This document shows positions 54,808 to 64,000 of a stretch of 64,000 bases of DNA, piece by piece (the stretch's first letter is position 1; the number at the start of each line of letters is the position of its first letter). The position numbers were made by a program, and so were the translations under genes. The stretch is from Octopus vulgaris (Eukaryota): positions 46,128,001-46,192,000 of the forward strand of contig OX597823.1 in the NCBI GenBank assembly GCA_951406725.2, written 5' to 3'. The notes beneath the pieces were generated by a model, which searched no databases, was not told the DNA's origin, and saw only the letters and a program-made list of their open reading frames with translations.

Positions 54808-55339
54808 AATATTATAATATTCTATACTATAAATGTTTCTAGTGAGAAACCAAATATATATATCAAGCTAGTGAGTGTGGTTATATCTCTTACTCTTAAC
54901 TCTTAGAAATACAGAAACATAAATGAGTTCTTCTGTTTAATGACCAAATTAGTCACTTAATATTAGGATTCTGACTGCAGGTGTTGTTTAATGTTAAATA
55001 TAATTAAAATGTTACTGGCTGAATGAAATATTTGTTGGTATAGTAGAATAGCTAAAATTACAATTGCAAATACCTACACTTAACCTAATTACATCTGACT
55101 ATGATGTTGTATGTTTAAAAGTTTAAAATATGACGCGCATTCAACTTTAGTATATTTGCCATTATAATTGTAACTTATCTTCCGAATCTTAAGAAAGATT
55201 ATCGATGACATGGACATAAAAATACAGATCATTTTGCGCTATTTTATTCAGTAAATGTACAATTTAGAAATTTTTTGTTTTAACATTATAAATTAGCGGA
55301 GAATTGGTAAAGTTTTCTTAATGAGAAAAGAAACGAAAG

Positions 55340-58095
55340 AAGATTTTAAAGCATCTACAAAGAAGAAATTGAGATGATTAGGCAAGTTAGTATTAATTTT
55401 GCAGTCTGTAAGTTGAAAGTGTCATAATTTAGAGAGAAACAACTGAATGGGTGCTGTTCTATTTAAGGCAAATGGTTTAATATATGCCCAAAAGTTTTTA
55501 AGAGCAAACGAAAACAGAAATACAAGATAATTAATGTTATACTGCAAGATAGACATAAATGAACGTTTAATGGAATCTAGATATTTGGAAACAAAAAAAG
55601 GAACAAGTTTCCAAGGAGGTCGTTTTTTCCAGCCAAATGGCAAGTGAATGAAATGATGGTGTGTGGCAGAATTACGGTCATCTACTTTATGGCATTTAGG
55701 TAAGCGTTGCACATATCCACGTTTCACGTCTGTGCAGTTAGTTTAGGAAAAACTTGACTATCCTCAGAATTTATTGTATAACACAGGTAGAGATTAGCTT
55801 TGTGTGTAAAGACATCCAGACTGTTTGAAAGACTACCCCCTCACACACATACACACACAACATATTAAAATAAATTCATAAAGAATTGATTTGCCATGCA
55901 GTTTCACTTGCTTAATTCAACATCTGAGGGATCAGAAAATACATTTAACAATTCCAAAGCTGCGAAGAACGTTTGGTCAGTTAAATGGAGCTGATAAATT
56001 CAAAAGAACAGTGAAGCAGACAGATTACTGTTTTCAAATGAGATGGGAAATAAGTCAATAAAAGAGGAAATAAATATCACAGAAGAGGTAGTGAAAAAAA
56101 TGCCTAAATGGAAACGAAATTCGAAAGTGCCAGGAACCGATGGGATTCAAGTAATCTGGCTCAAATAATCCATTACATGTTTAACATTGCTTTGGAAATT
56201 ACTAACCGACTTACTTTAGCAGATTTATTGGGTAACATTCTACAGAAAGAAGACCTCTAGCCAGAGTAGCAAAGGTGATTCAGGAAGAAGTAAATGAGAA
56301 CTGATCTATTGTATGATGTTAATATAATACTAGCTAAAACCTCAAATTCGTTGGATAGACAAGAGATCATTTGATAATGTACTACAGAATAGGTGTTTGG
56401 AAAATCTAGTGAGACTCAGAGTCAATCAAAAGATTAATATATTCTTGATAAATGATGAGATCATGGGAAATAGAAATAAAGTGAAGTGAATCGTTTGATA
56501 ACGAAGAAATGGGATGTGGTATATTTGAAGGAGACTCGCTCTCTCTCTCTCTCTCTCTCTCTCCATTATATTTCGTAGTGGTTTGCGTTGATTCTTCTCA
56601 CTAACGTACAGAGAAAATGAAGTACTGTATATGAGCTTGCCAAGGTGAAGATAAAAGTATATCCCCTGCTATGTGTAGACGACTTCAAACTGTACACCAA
56701 CTACGAAAATAATTTGGATTATCTTGTCTAAATAATAATGATATTTAGTAAAAATATGCAGTTTTTTATTAATAACCGCGCAGTTTTGATCATAGAGAGA
56801 TGTAGAAAGTTTAAAGCTGAGGTTATGAAGATACTGCAAGATAATATCATTAGATCACTAAGAGGTAATGACAAATAACACATACAACTACGTAGGAATG
56901 CTGAGGCGTGATGTGGTAATGGAGAAGTACTAGAGGATGTTTAGGGAGGTGTGTGCAACAAAACTAACAGGAGGTAATTTCAAAGTATTCAAAACGTGGA
57001 ACACACAGGTGCTGAGATTTTGCTTATTTTCTTTTAAAGTGGACAAAGATACAGGAATTAGGTAGATGAAGTATGAAGCTACTCACGATGCAAAACGGAT
57101 GGCGCCACGAAATCATCAACAGGTTCTAGTTATCAAGACGAAAAGAGGGTAGAGATTTCTTAAATGCAGAGACCCCATCAGTGCTGAAATTTCGAATTTG
57201 AAAAATGGTTTCGAACAGTGAAGAAAGAATAATAGCTATGACCAGAAATACTGAAGAAGTCGCTGAAACAGTGAGATTAATCAAGAAAAGAAAGAAGAGT
57301 GTAAATGCAAGCTGCTGTAAAGAAGGAATTACGTTGCCAATTAGAGTAACAAACCTAGAATGTTGAAAGTAAAGAATGCTTGGTATAGCTGACAGCTGGA
57401 AATCTGAAGCAAGAAATTCAATTGAGGCCTTTTATTATTTTTTTTTCCACTTGGGAACAAGCCATTAGGTTGAATCTGATAAACACAAAGTCTGATAACA
57501 CTCAGTCAGTGAGCAAACGCAGAATATGTGGAAAAGGGAGGGAATTATAAATATTTCCTGAGTGCAGAAAGCTAGCACATAAAGGATAGTAACGTTGGTA
57601 TGATTACATCGGTAAGAAAGGTATTGGGGTGATAGCGAAATTTGTAGATTCGAAGTGACGGATGAGTGGCCTCACGTGAACACAAGCCAGAATTTGTGAT
57701 AGAAAATGTTAATTAAAGGATTTTACTGGATTTCTCAACAAAAGTTGACGATACTATTGATCCAGACCAGACTAGATATGCCTGTAGACGACAGAAAAAG
57801 CTAGAGGTGTAAGGTCATAGGTTTTGTAGTACTTATATGATAGCAAAATATTGAGAAATATCAAGCCCAAACAAGGGAGATGAAAAACTGTGGGACACAA
57901 ATGTGAAAGCTATTCCTTTGATAATTGCTGTACATGCTACAACAGTAAACTGCTTCGTAAGTGGATGAAGGAAACCGATATCGAAACACATATTCTCAAT
58001 CTGCAGAAAAGTGCCACCCTGTGATCTACAGGAATCCTAAGAATGATTCTTGGGTTTTGGGGAGACCTGCTGTTACTGAGCCTTAAGATAATAAT
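55340..58095 (+). mobile_element. Highly degenerate R4/Dong-like LINE
   Basis: Ordered motifs PGTDGIQVIWLK (about 56130), LWKLLT, GIFEGDSLS (56518), LLCVDDFKLY (56667), RPD, and LQKSA...ILR near 58000-58045. Confidence 0.8.
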
Positions 58096-60199
58096 TCAGA
58101 TAATTAAATTAGTATGTAAGAGCCTTTGAATAACAACATTATATTCATAAAGCAGCCAAACAATAACTGCAATGCTTTGAAATATATAATTGATTTGTTA
58201 TTCAGCAATTATTATTGAGTATTTTTATTGTTAACGTTTTATATCATCGAAAATATTTAGCCGGAAGACATTAACTGTAAACTTTAAATATCTAAAATAT
58301 CTTCCACATCAAAACAAATCCTTTTTGCCTAAATGTTGATTCATATGTTTTGTAAGACATCAGTGATAATAACATTTCGAAGTCAAAATGTTTGCTGCAA
58401 CTATGTAAGAGGTCTATTATGAAATCAGTGACTGACGTATTCAATGCAGTTCATTGATTTTTTCCCCCCAATTGTTCTCCTGAAACGACTACATTTTTCT
58501 TCTTCTTTTTTTTTTTTCAAATTTGACACCTCAGATTTCAAACATCATACCAACTTCATTGGAATTTATTTGCTTACTATTTCTTTAGTCTCTGGTGTTT
58601 TATTTCTTTGTTTATTATGTAGACAAACTCAATTCACAAATTCATTTTTTCCTTTCGGTTCGAAACCACTTTTCTATCACTTTTCATTATGACAACGTCG
58701 AAGCTAACGGAATTTCTTCTCTTCTTTCTGATCGAATTGTCTGGTAATAAAACTATTTAAAAATCATCGTGACCCTAAGTTTTTCCCCACCGTCCTTAAT
58801 CATTCTTTTCCATACGCGTTGTCAAAACTCAGGATAAACATAACAAATTCCGATTGAACTGATCGTCTCAAACTGTGCATTTGTTTGACACCTCGGAGTA
58901 TAACAATGTTAAGGAAGAAAAATTTCGTTAGTCGAAAGTTTGTGGTTTTAACCTCACGTTTTGCCTATAACCTTTATACAGCATGACTTAATCATGAATA
59001 TGCCTGAGAAATAACTTGATTGGTTACTATCTAATATTATTTTCAATACTTCTGAAGTTTATTAAATTTAATTATCAAAACATCATAAATTTTTCGGTAG
59101 GTTTCTGATTAGAAAATCAATGTCATACTTCAGTATTATTAAATCCTTATCAGGAAATCTAAATAATAATGATTTCTTGCATTAGTACAATATTACAAAT
59201 CTTCAAGGGCAGCCGTAGAATTAACTGAATCAACACCAGTCTGTTACTGTTATATCAATTTTTATCGTTCCAATGAGGAAAAGAAAATGGGGAGATGCAA
59301 TGTAGCAAGATTTAAAATCAAAATATTACAAGACATAGTTATGAACATTTTACCACTTTTCTCTTCCTATTTCTTCCACCTACCAATAATTAAAATTCAG
59401 CTTCTGTCTTTTCTTCCAATGCTTCACCGAACAATACAGTTCGCTACTTCTGTGTTTTAGTCAATCCATCGCTGTGTAAACAATACCAGAATTTATTATT
59501 TTTTTTTTACCTAACATTCTGTTCCCTATTTGTGTGTTTCCAGTAATTTGCCGCCCTATAAATGCAGTCAACCACTTTTCTTTGACTGCCAGTCTACCGT
59601 TTCATGATACAGTTTGCGACATGGTTATTCTTAGCCATCCTCCCTCACAAGCAATCTAACTTATAATTTTAATAGTTTTTTCATATCTACAGAATCTGAA
59701 GTTATATTTTGCAATCTTCATCATTATATGCTTTTCGTAGTTTCTTGTGTGTAGAGTTTATTCACGTGTCACAATCACAAATCCCTTTATCTTTCCTTCA
59801 CGTTTTACACTATTAAGCCAGAGCTGAGATTATTCATTATCGGCTTTCTCAGTCTCTATTTAATATAATAAGGTCGGGAACTTTTCTACTACCATGAGTG
59901 TATGACATTTTGACGCTCCAATTTAGTTTTCTTTTTTCCTTTCTTCTTTCTCCTTACACTGTCTATTATTATCAGCATCTGTTATATAGACATTTGCGCC
60001 CTTAAACAGAAAACATCTTTATTAATTCTGTTGTGTCTGGGGAGAGTCATTTTATTTTTGTGCCTTATAATGTAACACACTCACCGGTAAAATTTCCACG
60101 TATTTCTTATTTTTATTTTCCTAAAATTTTCGTTGCGTGTTGCAACCTTTTCAATAGTCTTGTGTTTTGCTGTTACTTGCATTAGTTTTCATTTATTCT

Positions 60200-61560
60200 T
60201 ATTACCATTTCTTCCCAATTCCAGTTTGCTTAAGGATGTTGCTTTTAGATATTAACCTCAAACAGAAAGCAAATGAGGGAAAAGCGTTCTCTTGGAATAT
60301 TCTTTTAATAGTGATGTATTTTAATTTTCTAATTCCTTTTTTCTTTTGTATCAACAGAATGGTTCACCATTTATTCATGGTATTTACCATCTTATTGTAA
60401 GCATCATTTTATTCATGTCTACTACTCCAGAGTCTTCGAGTGAGGAACACTATCAGAACTATTTTCATAATCAACCCGTGCCAATCTCAGTTCATTCTCT
60501 TTCGACTTATAGCCTATGATTATAATTTTATTGATCAATAATTTATCAATGTCCCTAATTGATCAATAATTGATCAAATAGGGACATGTGACACTTTGCA
60601 GCATCCCCTCTATTCCCTGCGAGTCAATTTTTTAGGGTTATTATGTATTCTCCACAATGTTATTACAGTTTTAAAAAACTCTCTTTAGTGATGATATTGA
60701 ATTGGTCTTTCCCTTGGTGACCTTTCCAGAACTGATTCTATAAAAGATTAAGAAATATTTTGACTAGATGTTTGTTAAATATTTCAGCAGAATGTTTGGA
60801 AGTTTGAGAACTTGTGCTATCTTATTGTTAATTGTTTGTTGCAGATTTGCTTCGTTTTGGTAGTTCACGTGTTGCTTTTGTTTTTTCAACAATTCCCCCA
60901 CTGACTCTTACGTTACTATTCTTACTACATGCAAGCATAATTCAGTATACATTTTAATTCGTCGAAATGTTACTTTTGTTTCAAACATAATTATCGCTTT
61001 CATGATGACAAATTCTTTTTGAATTATTGAAGGTGTTTTCTTCAAGAAGCTCTTTGATTTTGAATTATATTATTCTTATGCTATTTCCTATGCATGTTTC
61101 TCTGCATAGTTTCCTTTGTGTTCCTTCGACATAAATGTCAATAAGGATTCAGAGATATTTTCTTTATTTTTTTAATCTGTTCCTGCATATTTGCTATTTC
61201 CGAAGTTCTTTCATGAGCAAAGCAGTTCTTCAGATGGAAGATTCTGTTCTGGTACATTTCTAGCTGAAGGAGGAGCTTGGGTGCGTCAATCCACCAGGTA
61301 TCAGGCGGTAAGATCAATGAGCCAAAGATGAGGCTATCTTCATTGAGTCACTTGCAACGAATAAAGTCTCAATCGTATGTTTCTGACTGCCTTGTTGAAG
61401 AAGCTGCTTCTGTCACAGTTCTCATTTAAGGCTTCAGATAATTTCTTTCTGATGACTTTGTTCATGATGACGTATTGCATTCTGCTCTCCCATTCTTCGT
61501 CCGGCTCACTGTCTCAGATGTTAGACTTTTGAAATATCTAACATCAACTAGCAAAAATAA
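60200..61560 (-). mobile_element. Possible very old LINE 5' half
   Basis: T-rich plus strand typical of antisense LINE coding sequence; only weak peptide resemblance and no firm motif. Confidence 0.25.
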
Positions 61561-62805
61561 ATTAGAGTCTATCATAGATGAGGTAATTTCCATTATCTAC
61601 TCCACGTCAGCCTGCCGACGACTCTCAAGAGTACCTCTACATGGGAAATATATCATTGTATTTACTTTGTATAAATATCGGAAAGACGATTTTTAATCTA
61701 TTTCACTATCAACGTGCAAATATATAAACAGATAAATATATAAATGAAGTTTGAATGTGTTCAGTATGCAGCAATTTTCACCATGAACTCTCCTTCAAGC
61801 GAAAACGTCAAGTTGCAAGAGCACCGTGTAGGCAGAATAGACAGTAGAATTTGTCTGTTACCTTCGTTCGAGCAGCAGCGACTGGCTTCAACATTGAACA
61901 ATTCAGTAAACCCGTTCAATGCTCAAGCTACGTTGAACATAGGAAATAACGTAAGATTACACTTACAGTCCTTGGAAACGTTAGTATATAACATTCATAA
62001 AGATTCTGTCTTTGTAGGGTTTTATTTTATTAATATCACTAATAGATGAGACGGCGAGGTGAAATTTATACATACTGCTCAAAGTAAGGCGAAACTAAAG
62101 AAAGATTTTTCCTTTATAAACAAGTATAAACAATTACATTATAGGGAAATACTTGAAGCGTTAGTCTCCCCTTCATTAAACTACAAGACAAAGCATACTT
62201 CATCTACTGTATTTCCATTTCTTTCGGCTTTAGAGGGCGTACTATTCTATCCTACAGACAGACTGCAAAGAAAATGGCTGTATCAATATAAATATCGATG
62301 CCACCAGCAGTAATTACTCTAACTACATTAACTATGGCAACAAAAACGAAAAGGAAATTAACAATATAGTAATGCCAATCCCCATCTGGATTGCTGACAA
62401 ATAAGCTGTACTGAGAAAGTAATTAATGTTTAGCCTAGTGATAATGAAATATGATTTATCACACCTTATGTTTGTTTTGTCTATTTAAGTGTGTGTTCAG
62501 TGTTCTAATTCCATTTTTATGTTATCAGCCTTACTTAGTTGTTATTAGAAACCACGAAGACAACCTGAGCATAGACGGAGCATTGTATAAAGCGCTATAC
62601 CTATCTGTTGCTATTGATTTATTTCGATTATGTATAGTTTGATTTAACTGAAAACATTACATGCCTAGTACTGTTAATTCTATCAGCTCTACAGAAATGA
62701 AGATAAATTCAATTACTGCACTATTTGAACTCATAATATAGAGAGTCAGAACTAAAACTGCAAGTTATTTAGACCGCTACTCTATAGATTTGCTATTATT
62801 CTTGC

Positions 62806-62915
62806 AAGTTAAGTACCAGTTACGGACTGGGGGTCGATGTAATCCATTTAATCTCTTTGTCTGTCCTTGTTTGTCCCCTCTATGTTTAACCTCTTGTGAG
62901 CAATAACGAAATAAG
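62806..62915 (+). mobile_element. SINE family B 3' half
   Basis: TTAAGTACCAGTTACG...GGGGTCGATGTAATC...GTCCTTGTTTGTCCCCTCTATGTTTA...AATAACGAAATAAG. Confidence 0.85.
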
Positions 62916-63630
62916 AATTTCCATTATATAAATTTTATGACTCAAATAAAAAATAAAAGAACAAAAGACAATAATTTGACTGAGATTTGAATGAACAATA
63001 ATAGTATTGGAATTTAATTTGATTTTAAAGTAACGTTCCCTCAAAAACTGTTGTAGTTCTTTAAGCATTCTCTCGCGTTAACTATCCTTCAATGTTATTA
63101 AGCCGTACTTACTTTCATTGTGAAAATATTCACACAGATAGGGTTACCGTTGCTATGTAGGGTCGTGGCCGAACGGCATAGGTGACCGCCTGGAAGGGCT
63201 GTTGTCGTCGCTCCTTTCTGATAACGGTTAGCTCCCCTATTGCCGGTGCAAGGTCGACTCTACACGGCTGGCGCGTCCTCGAATCTCTGCCGCCGCCGCC
63301 ACACCGCCCGCCTTTCAGACGCCCGCGTCTGCCTGCCTCTTCACGCCTGCCTTTCAACGCTCATAGGTTCGTCCTCTCGCAATCGAACCCCTTTTCGTTA
63401 CCACATTTTGTCTCGCCTCCGACCCCCGGCCTCGTCTTCGCAGCCGAGGTAAACGTTAAAGCACGAGAATAATTGTGAGAATAGAAAATCCGGCTTCGGT
63501 GTAAGTTGATGAACTAATATCTTAGTATATGTCGTTGTACTTGTTTCTCTGTGCATGAGCGCATGTGTGGTGCTTGTGCGTTTAGGGCGGTGGGGTTGTG
63601 TGTAGGGGTGCGTGCGTGTGTGTGTGCGTG

Positions 63631-63746
63631 AGGGATACAGGCATCCAGCAAAAGGACCTCCGTAATGCCATGATGGACCGTGAAGTCTGGCGTAGCATGG
63701 TAAATTCCATTGTCTCGACCACGGTCGAACAATGATGATGATGATG
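63631..63746 (+). mobile_element. RTE-clade LINE extreme 3' end
   Basis: RDTGIQQKDLRNAMMDREVWRSMVNSIVSTTVEQ* (DRxxWR motif) running straight into a (TGA)n tail. Confidence 0.8.
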
Positions 63747-63754
63747 TGAGTATC

Positions 63755-63898
63755 TATGTATATGTATACATATATTTATATGTATTTATATATATATATA
63801 TTTACGTGTGTATGTGTGTGTGTGTATATATATATATATAATCATTATTATTACTACTACTACTACTATTACTATTACTACTACTACTACCACTACTG

Positions 63899-63929
<31 letters not shown>

Positions 63930-64000
63930 ACATACATGCACAAGTGCACGCGCGCACTCACTTACACACACACACACATATACATACATATATTTATATA
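63755..64000. repeat. TA/TG/(TAC)n/CA compound microsatellite
   Basis: Directly visible. Confidence 0.95.

Noticed and set aside
57251-57272. CTGAAGA-AGTCGCT-GAAAC
   Set aside because: Only a 2-bp stem II, no stems I or III, and it lies in decayed LINE coding sequence.

Overview
AT-rich eukaryotic intergenic or intronic DNA. The tRNA-derived SINE families and dense microsatellites strongly suggest an octopus (cephalopod) genome; this is inferred from remembered repeat sequences, not from a search. No complete host gene is visible, and almost all ORFs in the track are microsatellite artefacts or transposon debris. The window holds at least five tRNA-headed SINE families (many with target-site duplications and nesting), R4/Dong-type restriction-like-endonuclease LINEs of several ages including a young copy inside a (TAA)n array, RTE ends, Ty3/gypsy fragments, a fragmented Penelope-like element, a hAT derivative with an 8-bp TSD, a maT/Tc1-mariner remnant and two non-autonomous Helitrons. 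The most interesting signals are short microsatellite-flanked units carrying minimal type I hammerhead ribozyme motifs (one with an apparently intact core at 3366-3400), an unclassified TG...CA element sitting in (TAA)n, a clean candidate minus-strand exon at 8304-8495 beside decayed coding-like sequence, and an unexplained CpG-rich hairpin-rich island near 63.1-63.5 kb.
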